Assembly (NCBI GenBank): GCA_944320495.1
Contig: CALUHR010000005.1
Location: 32,001-96,000, forward strand
Source of the DNA: Candidatus Methanomethylophilaceae archaeon
GTDB taxonomy: Archaea > Thermoplasmatota > Thermoplasmata > Methanomassiliicoccales > Methanomethylophilaceae
Direction of reading: 5' to 3'
DNA length: 64,000 bases
In this document: positions 39,529-47,784 of the stretch, piece by piece
Numbering within the stretch: position 1 is the first letter of the stretch
Layout: each line of letters starts with the position of its first letter
Position numbers and translations under genes: made by a program
Notes under the pieces: generated by a model
The model's input: only the letters and a program-made list of their open reading frames with translations
Database searches by the model: none
Told to the model about the DNA's origin: nothing

Positions 39529-40596
39529 TCACATCCAGGCGCTCTTACGCTGCCTGACGAGGATCCAGATGAAGAGCGGGCCGCCGATCATCGAGCAGAT
39601 CACTCCTACGGGCAGCCCGTTGGGCCCGCTCACCTTGGCCACGGTATCGGCGAGTATCACGAACGCCGCCCCGAAGGCCGCCGACGCGGGGATGAGATAG
39701 CGGTTGTTCGATCCCACGAATATCCTGGCCACGTGCGGGCCCACGAGGCCGATGAATCCAATCGTGCCTGTGAAGCATATCAGGACGGCGGTCATGATCG
39801 AGACCAGCACGAGAGTCGAGACGCGGATGTTCTCCGCATTCTCCCCGAAGGTCTGGGCAGCCCTGTCTCCGGCGTACATCACATTGAGCTTGCTGGATGA
39901 GAACCAGAGGATGACCGTGATCAGCAAGGTGACGACCAGCATCACGGGGATGTATTCCCACTGCATGCTGCTCAGGGATCCGACCCTCCATTCGTATGCA
40001 TCCGCCATCGTCTCGGACGGCGCGGTGACCATCATGATCTGCGTGATGGAGCTGAACAGGAACATGACAGCGATCCCTGTGAGGATCATGGCGGTTGGAG
40101 TCAGCCTACGATACTTCGCCACCAGAACGATGATGGCTGTCGGAATCAACGAACATATGAACGAATTCACGACTGTCGTAGCGGTTCCGCTGATGAACGG
40201 GACGATGGAGATCCCCAGGATTATGTTAAGGGTCGCACCCAGGAACGCTCCAGAAGATATCCCCATCGTGTACGGCTCCGCCAGGGGGTTCTTGAAATCA
40301 TTCTGCATGATCGCTCCGGCCACCGACAGCCCCGCACCGATGAGCAGAGCCCCCAGCGCCCTGGGGACACGGACATCCCAGACGTAGTAGTCATCGCTCG
40401 GATCCACGGGGTTGCCCGCAAGATGGTCGAAGAAGGTGCCCACCGCATCCGATATTCCGATCCTGTAAACCCCGAAACCCAGCGTCAGGAAGAACGCCCC
40501 TGCGGCAAGCAGTATGAAAGCCAGTATGAACAGGACCTTCCTCCTGTTCATCGCCCTGTACTCCTCGCGGAATTCCTCGTTGGTCTCCTCGATCAA
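39529..40596 (-). CDS. FecCD/BtuC-type ABC permease
   Basis: VRVPRALGA, NPLAEPYTMGISSGA, GTIGFIGLVGPH, PVGVI; probable TTG start overlapping the upstream TGA. Confidence 0.85.
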   Translation of the reverse strand: MIEETNEEFREEYRAMNRRKVLFILAFILLAAGAFFLTLGFGVYRIGISDAVGTFFDHLAGNPVDPSDDYYVWDVRVPRALGALLIGAGLSVAGAIMQNDFKNPLAEPYTMGISSGAFLGATLNIILGISIVPFISGTATTVVNSFICSLIPTAIIVLVAKYRRLTPTAMILTGIAVMFLFSSITQIMMVTAPSETMADAYEWRVGSLSSMQWEYIPVMLVVTLLITVILWFSSSKLNVMYAGDRAAQTFGENAENIRVSTLVLVSIMTAVLICFTGTIGFIGLVGPHVARIFVGSNNRYLIPASAAFGAAFVILADTVAKVSGPNGLPVGVICSMIGGPLFIWILVRQRKSAWM

Positions 40597-41684
40597 TATA
40601 TCGCCCCCGCCTTTTTCGTCTGCCACAGGATGATCAGGAAGAACACCGGGCTCCCAATGACGCTCATCACCACACCTACGGGTATGTCCGAGAACTGGAA
40701 CGCGATGTAATCCGCGGCCAGGAGCAGCAACGCCCCGGCAGCCATGGATATGGGTGCGACGAACCTGTTGTCGGACCCTATCACCAGCCTGACCATGTGC
40801 GGAGCCACCAATCCGATGAATCCGATGATCCCCGTGAACGACACGATGGCGGCCGTCATCACCGCCATCAGAACCAGACAGAACAGACGGAACTTCTCGA
40901 CGTCCACCCCGAGACTGATGGCACTGTTCTCCCCAAGGGACATGACGTTCAACTTGGATGAGAGGAGCATCACTATCACGGAGCCTGCGACCGTCACGAC
41001 GACCATTATCGGAAGCGAATCCCACGACATCCCGTCGAGACTGCCGACCTGCCACATGTAGGCGCTCTGCAGCGTATCGGCGTCCGTGGTGACCATCAGG
41101 TACGTGATCATCGAGTTGAAGAAGTAGGAGATCGCGGTTCCCAGGAGGATCAGGGTGGCCGGGGTCATGTGGATGCGCTGGGCCAGGAACACTATCAGCA
41201 GTGCCGGCACCATCGCTCCGATGAATGCATTGGTCACTATCCCCATCTCGCCGGTCACCGACGAGAACGATATCCCCACGACTATGGCGCAAATCGCCCC
41301 GAAGCAGGCTCCCGAAGATATCCCCGTGCTGTAGGGATCCGCGAGCGGGTTCACCATCATGGACTGCATCATGGTGCCACAGATCGCCAGGGCGGCTCCG
41401 GCCACTATCGCCGCGAGGGCATGTGGGAATGCCGTGTTCCAGATGTAGCGGTCCGCCCACCAGAACAGGGACTTGGAAGGGTACTCGTTGCCGAGTATGT
41501 GGTTCCAGATGATCTCGTAGGTCTCCTTCAGACCCACACCCTCGTAATTCGATAGGGAGAGCAACCCTACGAAGAGGACTATCCCCAGTACGCAGACTGT
41601 CAGAAGGATGATCTTCCGGGCGATGGCATGATGGTACTCCTCCTTCAGCCCGTCTCTTGTGAGCTCCTCCTCTTCGTATTCCAT
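40593..41684 (-). CDS. FecCD/BtuC-type ABC permease
   Basis: NPLADPYSTGISSGA, GIIGFIGLVAPH, IPVGVV. Confidence 0.88.
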   Translation of the reverse strand: MEYEEEELTRDGLKEEYHHAIARKIILLTVCVLGIVLFVGLLSLSNYEGVGLKETYEIIWNHILGNEYPSKSLFWWADRYIWNTAFPHALAAIVAGAALAICGTMMQSMMVNPLADPYSTGISSGACFGAICAIVVGISFSSVTGEMGIVTNAFIGAMVPALLIVFLAQRIHMTPATLILLGTAISYFFNSMITYLMVTTDADTLQSAYMWQVGSLDGMSWDSLPIMVVVTVAGSVIVMLLSSKLNVMSLGENSAISLGVDVEKFRLFCLVLMAVMTAAIVSFTGIIGFIGLVAPHMVRLVIGSDNRFVAPISMAAGALLLLAADYIAFQFSDIPVGVVMSVIGSPVFFLIILWQTKKAGAIY

Positions 41685-41699
41685 GGTATCTCTGGGAAT

Positions 41700-41719
41700 C
41701 GGGGGGATGGGACCCCCCG
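41700..41719. terminator. Intercistronic GC hairpin after the binding-protein gene
   Basis: CGGGGGG-ATGGGA-CCCCCCG. Confidence 0.45.
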
Positions 41720-41725
41720 GTTTGT

Positions 41726-43105
41726 TCAGGCGGTCACTTCCCTGTAGAGGTCGTAATCAATGTAGGCGAGGACGGTGTCGAGGGTCTGTCCCTCGAGAGG
41801 CGCGGTGCCCATGTCTATGAAGTCCTGGAGGACCCCATCGGCCCACTCCCTGGAGAAATCGTCGCCGTACATCGCATGGGCCATGTAGGCGACCTTGACG
41901 GCCCCGGGCAGCAGGTTGTTGATGTAGACGAGCCTGTCCTCGAATCCCTTGAAGTACATGGTGGAAGACACACCCTTGTTGTCGTGGTCCCATGTGTCGA
42001 TGACGAGCTCCTCGATCCCGGCCTCGTCCAGACCCCAGTCCATCGAACGGTTGTTGAGGATGGCCCCGACATCCGTGTAATTTGACAACGCCTCGACGCT
42101 CTGCATCTTGGTGGATCCGTCTCCGGCATATGTCTCGGAGAAGTCGGAGTTGACGATGTAGTAGGGCAATCCGCCTGCGGTGGATGCGCTGCTGTTGAAC
42201 GTCGAATCGTTCTCGCAGATGTAGATGTACATCGTGCAGCAGATGTAGCTGCACTTCTCGTCATTGGACAGGGATCCGACCTTTTCTTCGATCAGATTGA
42301 TCACATCCCAGCTCTTCTGGGCGTACTCCACACCGATCTCCTCGCAGTCCCCTCCGAACAGGAACCCGAGGGTCAGGACGGTTGTGATCTCGGAGGTGGC
42401 ATCGGCCGAGGAATAGATGATCATGGGTATGTCGGCGGCCTCAAGATCGGCTGCACGGACATCGGTGATCTGCGCGATCCCGCTGTAATCCACCAGCAGC
42501 GCTCCGAGTCCTCCCTCGGTGTTTGCATCCAATGTGGTGAAGTTCTTCCATGCCGCATCACTGATCTGACGCTGAGTTCCACCGAGGTCGACAGCACTGT
42601 CGCTGATGGAGCTCTCGGCAGTCTCGTAGCTACTGACGAAATATCCAGCCACATACTGACCGCCGTTCGCATAGAGGGTGGGCAGCTGCATGTTGGTCCC
42701 GTAGGGGACCACATTCCTCAGAGGGTAGGTGCAGGAAACGGTCGTTGGTTTGCCGTTCACATCCAGACAGAGGACGTAAACGGTAGTTCCATCCTTCCTG
42801 TCGATAAGGTCCTGTAGAAGCTGTTTGTCCGTTTCATCCACATTTCCGTCGTTGTTGACGTCAGCCAGCGGGTAGTCGTCGATGGACTTGTCGCCGGAGA
42901 TGACATCGTCGAGAATCTCCATGTCCTTCTCATCGATGGTGTAGTCGTCGTTGGCATTGCCCCTTATCTGGAGCTGAGAGGCGATATCCGAATCACCGGA
43001 GGAATCGTTGCCCCCGTTACCACCGAACCCTATGAGTACGGCGGCAACGACGACAATGGCCACAACTACGACAGCCGCGATGATTGTCGTTGTCTTCTTT
43101 TCCAT
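41726..43105 (-). CDS. ABC substrate-binding protein (Fe3+/B12-type) with an N-terminal dockerin/EF-hand-like pair
   Basis: TM anchor; GNANDDYTIDEKD and ADVNNDGNVDETD loops; adjacent to FecCD permeases. Confidence 0.8.
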   Translation of the reverse strand: MEKKTTTIIAAVVVVAIVVVAAVLIGFGGNGGNDSSGDSDIASQLQIRGNANDDYTIDEKDMEILDDVISGDKSIDDYPLADVNNDGNVDETDKQLLQDLIDRKDGTTVYVLCLDVNGKPTTVSCTYPLRNVVPYGTNMQLPTLYANGGQYVAGYFVSSYETAESSISDSAVDLGGTQRQISDAAWKNFTTLDANTEGGLGALLVDYSGIAQITDVRAADLEAADIPMIIYSSADATSEITTVLTLGFLFGGDCEEIGVEYAQKSWDVINLIEEKVGSLSNDEKCSYICCTMYIYICENDSTFNSSASTAGGLPYYIVNSDFSETYAGDGSTKMQSVEALSNYTDVGAILNNRSMDWGLDEAGIEELVIDTWDHDNKGVSSTMYFKGFEDRLVYINNLLPGAVKVAYMAHAMYGDDFSREWADGVLQDFIDMGTAPLEGQTLDTVLAYIDYDLYREVTA

Positions 43106-43132
43106 GTTCTCACTTTCTGGGATCGCCGTTAG

Positions 43133-43149
43133 TTGGCATATACATCCAA
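43133..43149. promoter_or_regulatory. TTGGAT-N5-ATCCAA operator copy (binding-protein gene upstream)
   Basis: TTGGCATATACATCCAA. Confidence 0.65.
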
Positions 43150-43189
43150 TTCTCTCAATCGAAAAGTCCCAGTCACTCTCCCCCGAGGA

Positions 43190-44053
43190 TCAGGATTCGG
43201 CCGGCTGCGACTCGGCAGCGCCCTCCCGCTCCCTGCGCTCCCTAATACGGGCCATGACTGCGGACGGGTTGATCCTCTCGTCCATCGGCAGGGCGTCCCT
43301 GAGGATCACGTGCGGACGGCCCTCGTCGTCGATCACGCGGGATTCGACCCCGTAGACCGTCCTGAGGTTGTCCTCCGTGATGACCTCCCGCGGCGTCCCG
43401 ACGTCGAAGATCTTGCCCTGGAACATCAGGATCACGCTGTCCGCGTACTTCGCCGCGATGTTGATGTCGTGGCTGATCATGATGATCAGGATCCCCTTCT
43501 CGACGGACAGCCGCTTGAGCATCTTCGTGACATCCAGCTGATGCCGGATGTCCAGATTGGAGGTCGGCTCGTCCAGGAGGAGTATCTTCGGCTCCTGCAC
43601 GAGACCCCTGGCCAGCATGACCTTCTGGTGCTGGCCCGCCGAGAGCTCGTTGAACTGGCGCATGGCGAGATGCGAGATCCCGAGCATCTTCAGCGTGTCA
43701 TAAACCACGTCGAGGTCGTTGTCCAGGGACTTCCATTTGGAGTGCGGGTGCCTGCCCATCATCACCGTGTCCACCACGGTGAGCGGGAAGGTGTCGTTGG
43801 CCGAGTACGGCACGTATCCAATCTGCTTGGCCAGCTCCTTGATCGACGTCTCCCTGACGTCCTTGCCGTCGATGAAGACCGAACCGGAGGTTGGCTGCAG
43901 GATCTTGTTGATGCAGTGTATCAGCGTGGACTTGCCCACCCCGTTCGGCCCCAGGATGGAGACGAACGCGGGCCCGTCGATGTCGAGCGAGATGTCGTTG
44001 AGGACGGGCGCGCTGCTGTAGGAGAACTCCACGTTGTCGATTCTGATCTGCAT
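43190..44053 (-). CDS. FecE/BtuD-type ABC ATPase
   Basis: MQIRIDNVEF, GPNGVGKST, LSAGQHQKV, DEPTSNLD, SHDINIA. Confidence 0.9.
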   Translation of the reverse strand: MQIRIDNVEFSYSSAPVLNDISLDIDGPAFVSILGPNGVGKSTLIHCINKILQPTSGSVFIDGKDVRETSIKELAKQIGYVPYSANDTFPLTVVDTVMMGRHPHSKWKSLDNDLDVVYDTLKMLGISHLAMRQFNELSAGQHQKVMLARGLVQEPKILLLDEPTSNLDIRHQLDVTKMLKRLSVEKGILIIMISHDINIAAKYADSVILMFQGKIFDVGTPREVITEDNLRTVYGVESRVIDDEGRPHVILRDALPMDERINPSAVMARIRERREREGAAESQPAES

Positions 44054-44066
44054 GGGACCACTTCGA

Positions 44067-44083
44067 TTGGATGTATATGCCAA
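44067..44083. promoter_or_regulatory. TTGGAT-N5-ATCCAA operator copy (ATPase upstream)
   Basis: TTGGATGTATATGCCAA, the exact reverse complement of the 43133 copy. Confidence 0.65.
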
Positions 44084-44226
44084 TTATTTCCTAGCATTTA
44101 AGGATAATCAGAAAAATAACATTGCTGTTTCACATTTCTACTAAATTAATTGTTACTTTTAAATATAATCTCAGCAGGATTGGTCGATTAGGATTTAGAT
44201 ATACCTAATAAAAACCGATATAATAG

Positions 44227-44243
44227 TAGGACCCATCATCCAA
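44227..44243. promoter_or_regulatory. TTGGAT-N5-ATCCAA operator copy (second ABC-2 operon upstream)
   Basis: TAGGACCCATCATCCAA (reverse complement TTGGATGATGGGTCCTA). Confidence 0.55.
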
Positions 44244-44274
44244 CTCACCGCAGGCCGCAGCCTGGGGAGATACC

Positions 44275-45135
44275 ATGGGCGACATCATCGTGATAGAGGA
44301 CCTCGTCAAGACGTTCGACGGGAAGACAGCCGTCGACCGTCTGAACCTGAGGATCCGCGAGGGGGAGCTGTTCGGATTCCTCGGTCCGAACGGGGCCGGC
44401 AAGACCACCACCGTCAGGTGCGTGGCGACTCTCACGAACTTCGACTCCGGGACCATAACGGTCGACGGATACGACCTCGTGAAGAATCCGAGGGAGGCGA
44501 AGGAGAGGATGGGCGTCATCCAGCAGCAGGTGTCCCTGGACAAGGACCTTACCATCCGGGAGAACATGATCTCCCATGCGATGTACCACATGATGGGCAG
44601 AGCGGAGAGGGACGAGAAGATCCGGGAGCTCTCCGACTTCTTCGGCCTCGAGGAGTATCTCGACAGACCCGTGGACTCCCTCTCGGGAGGGTGGAAGAAG
44701 CGCGCGGCGATAGTGTGCGCGATGCTCCACAACCCCAAGGTCCTCTTCCTCGACGAGCCCACCTCGGGTCTCGACATCAACGCCCGCAGGCTGCTGTGGG
44801 ACGTGGTCAGGAGGCTGCACGCCGGCGGCACGACGATCGTGCTCACCACCCATTACATCGAGGAGGCCGAGGCTCTCTGCGACAGGGTGGGCATCATCGA
44901 CCACGGGAGGATCATCGCGCTTGACACCCCGCAGAGGCTCTGCGAGAGCGTCGGTTCGGTGGCGGTGGAGTACATGGAGGACGCCAGGACGCGGTATCGC
45001 TACTTCGGGACCCGCGAGGAGGCCAACGCCTTCGCCGCGGGCATCAACACCGGGGTCGACGTCACCATACGCAGGACGAACCTGGAGGACGTGTTCGTGG
45101 AACTCACCGGGAAATCCGTGGGGGGACAGAAATGA
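44275..45135 (+). CDS. ABC-2 type transporter ATPase, paralog of 24136-25044
   Basis: GPNGAGKTT, LSGGWKKR, DEPTSGLD, TTHYIEEAE. Confidence 0.9.
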   Translation: MGDIIVIEDLVKTFDGKTAVDRLNLRIREGELFGFLGPNGAGKTTTVRCVATLTNFDSGTITVDGYDLVKNPREAKERMGVIQQQVSLDKDLTIRENMISHAMYHMMGRAERDEKIRELSDFFGLEEYLDRPVDSLSGGWKKRAAIVCAMLHNPKVLFLDEPTSGLDINARRLLWDVVRRLHAGGTTIVLTTHYIEEAEALCDRVGIIDHGRIIALDTPQRLCESVGSVAVEYMEDARTRYRYFGTREEANAFAAGINTGVDVTIRRTNLEDVFVELTGKSVGGQK

Positions 45136-45905
45136 GTAATCTCCTCAGACAGATCTACTACGTCGCGTGGGGCGACATGATGTTCATGAGACACAACTTC
45201 CTGAACATCCTCATAATGAGCATCATGAGCCCGATACTGTACCTGATAGCGTTCGGGTTCGGGCTCAGGACCGGCACCACCGACATCGGCGTATCGTACG
45301 TGTCGTTCGTCATCCCCGGTATCGTGGCATTGTCATCGCTGAACTCGTCGTTCTCGTCCACATCCACGAGGATGAACGTGCAGAGGCTGTACTATCGGAG
45401 CTTCGACGAGATGATGATGTGCCCGCTGAGCCTCCATGCCATAGTCTGGGGCAAGTGCATGCTCGGACTCGTGCGCGGGCTCATAGCCTGCTTCATACTG
45501 TACGCGCTCGGACTGGGGCTCGGTGCGGCCAGGATCGGCGGGATGGAGCTGGAGCTCACGCCGATGTTCGTCGTGTGCACGGTGCTCTCCTGCATCGTGT
45601 TCTCGTTCCTCGGCATGGCCGCCGCTCTGCTGGCGAAGTCCCATCAGAGCATGGCGACCTTCAACAGCCTGATCATCCTGCCCATGACGTTCCTGTGCGG
45701 GACGTTCTTCTCCGTCTCCGCGCTCCACCCCGTGTTCCAGACAGTCCTGTACTGCCTCCCGCTGACGTACTCGAGCGAGTTGATCAGATCCGCGGCGCTG
45801 CCGGACTTCCTGGAGTTCGACTGGCTGTGCCTGGTGGGACTGATCCTCTGGGGCGTGGCGTTCTACGCGATCGACTACTGGCTGCTGAAGACCAGGAAGG
45901 TCTGA
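45132..45905 (+). CDS. ABC-2 type transporter permease, paralog of 23384-24139
   Basis: FVIPGIVALSSL, YRSFDEMMMCP, ILPMTFLCGTFF. Confidence 0.85.
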   Translation: MSNLLRQIYYVAWGDMMFMRHNFLNILIMSIMSPILYLIAFGFGLRTGTTDIGVSYVSFVIPGIVALSSLNSSFSSTSTRMNVQRLYYRSFDEMMMCPLSLHAIVWGKCMLGLVRGLIACFILYALGLGLGAARIGGMELELTPMFVVCTVLSCIVFSFLGMAAALLAKSHQSMATFNSLIILPMTFLCGTFFSVSALHPVFQTVLYCLPLTYSSELIRSAALPDFLEFDWLCLVGLILWGVAFYAIDYWLLKTRKV

Positions 45906-45922
45906 GATGATCCACCAGAGCC

Positions 45923-45945
45923 GGTCCCGCCTTCCGGGCGGGGCC
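45923..45945. terminator. Hairpin between convergent genes
   Basis: GGTCCCGCC-TTCCG-GGCGGGGCC; lies downstream of the CGA at 45977. Confidence 0.5.
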
Positions 45946-45976
45946 GACCCATGAATTCCGATGACCGCCGGTGCGA

Positions 45977-46525
45977 TCGCACCATGTCGGTCCCGACCAG
46001 CGTCACCTCTGTGACCTCGAACCCGTCCCAGCGGTCGCACTGCCTCACGAACCTGTGGACCAGGGAGTCCCCTCCGATGTAGAAGGTGTCCGTCTCCGTG
46101 CAGCCCTCGCGCTCCCTCCACACGGTGTACACGCTGCAGACGGCCTCGCCGTCGAAGGTGTCCAGCATCGCGTAGCCGGCGCTCCTCTCCGAGAGGCGCT
46201 CCAGCGCGTCGTCGGAGAGTATCAGGGAGCCGGGATCGAACCCCTCGAGGGATTCGTCGGATGGCTCCCCGTCTATGTAGATGTCCAAGGTGAAGCGACC
46301 GTCCGGGCGGACATCGGACACCACGCCGCGGACGGTGTGGCTCTCGACTGACGCGTCCCTCCCCTCGACGGTGCGGGTGACCTCCCACTCGATGTAGGAC
46401 CCCTCGGACACCTCGCAGGATGATGGCGCCTCCAGGGCATCGGTGCCGTATACGATGAGGACGGAGGTCGCGACGGCGAGGACGGAGATCATGATCGCGA
46501 CGGCGGCCCTGCTGACGGGGATCAT
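45977..46525 (-). CDS. Membrane-anchored hypothetical protein (182 aa, ends at CGA)
   Basis: ATGA overlap with the NifK-like gene; N-terminal TM, GSYIEWEV; ends LVGTDMV-CGA. In the standard code it would run through the terminator to a TAG at 45875. Confidence 0.7.
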
Positions 46526-47784
46526 GTGTTCCTCACCCCGTGGAGGATCTCGTCGAGGATGTACATGGCACCCCGGAGGCCGTAGACCGGCCTGGGGATG
46601 ATGTCGTCGATGCCCATCGACGAGTACCCGATCGGGATGCCGGCGCGGCATTCGCCCGCGACCTTCATCGTCAGGGCGGTGATCCCCTCGCATAGAACGA
46701 CGCCGGACGGCACGGGCTCCCTGCCCCACGCCTCCGGGAATCCGATCCTCCCTAGGAACGACCCCAGCTCCTCCGATTCGGTCTCGTCGGCGCCGTCGTC
46801 GACTGCTACCGCGGCGGGAGCCATCGCCAGATAGCCGTACAGCCACTCGGTCAGCGGTCTGATCACGGACGCCGTCCCGGCAGCCGAGAATGTGAGCCCG
46901 CGTATGCGGAGGGCGTTGTAGCGCATGCCGATGAACCTGCGGCGGACCTCCCGCCTGCAGGCATCCACCCTGGCGAGGGCCTTCGACGGGTCCCTGCCGG
47001 TCGCCTCCGCGACCGCCCTGACCCACGCCTCCGTCGCATCGAAGCCGACGGGCGCCCCCTTCGGGGAGCGGATGCTCGACACGCCGCGGGATTCGTACCA
47101 CTCCGTCAGCCCGTAGCACATCTCCGGGCAGACGATGACGTTGAACTCGGAGTCGACGGAGCGGACCATCCCCTCTACTGAGGAGCCTGCGCCGGGGCAG
47201 CAGGCGACCTCCAGACCCATGTCCCCCAGAAGGGAGACCAGCTCGTCCCTGGCGGCCATCCAGTCCTTGTCCATCAGCGACATGCCGAGGAGGTTCACAG
47301 TCCCCTCGCGGACGTCCCTCCTCTCCGGGTCCAGGAATTCCATCACATGTGCCAGCGTGCGCCCGCAGGCCCACGTTGCGGGGACCGAGGCCATGGACTC
47401 GGGGATGTGCATGGCCACGTCCTCCAGCCCGTTCTCCCTGATGGCGCGCCAGTGGTCGTCACCGATAAGGCTGGCGCCGGGCGAGTCTATCACCACCGCG
47501 AGCGCCGGATGCCTGAGCGACACCTCGCCGAGGCCCTCCGCGGACTTGTAGTAGGCGCCGTTGATGAAGTCGTACTCGTCGAGATAGGACGACGGCACCC
47601 TAGGATACCCGTAGTAGTACGGCGCAGAGAAGGACTCCTCGCCGTCCCTCGGAAGCACCGCCGAGGACACCACGGTGTGGCGTATCCTGCAGCCTCCCGG
47701 CCCGTGCAGGAACACCGCCGCATCGGATATCCCTTCGACAGCCATGATCGAACCCGTGAGCCCGTCGGGCAGCTGCCTCATCAT
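46522..47784 (-). CDS. Nitrogenase component-1-like oxidoreductase subunit (NifK/BchZ-like, single conserved Cys)
   Basis: [45 protein letters not shown]. Confidence 0.75.
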   Translation of the reverse strand: MMRQLPDGLTGSIMAVEGISDAAVFLHGPGGCRIRHTVVSSAVLPRDGEESFSAPYYYGYPRVPSSYLDEYDFINGAYYKSAEGLGEVSLRHPALAVVIDSPGASLIGDDHWRAIRENGLEDVAMHIPESMASVPATWACGRTLAHVMEFLDPERRDVREGTVNLLGMSLMDKDWMAARDELVSLLGDMGLEVACCPGAGSSVEGMVRSVDSEFNVIVCPEMCYGLTEWYESRGVSSIRSPKGAPVGFDATEAWVRAVAEATGRDPSKALARVDACRREVRRRFIGMRYNALRIRGLTFSAAGTASVIRPLTEWLYGYLAMAPAAVAVDDGADETESEELGSFLGRIGFPEAWGREPVPSGVVLCEGITALTMKVAGECRAGIPIGYSSMGIDDIIPRPVYGLRGAMYILDEILHGVRNT

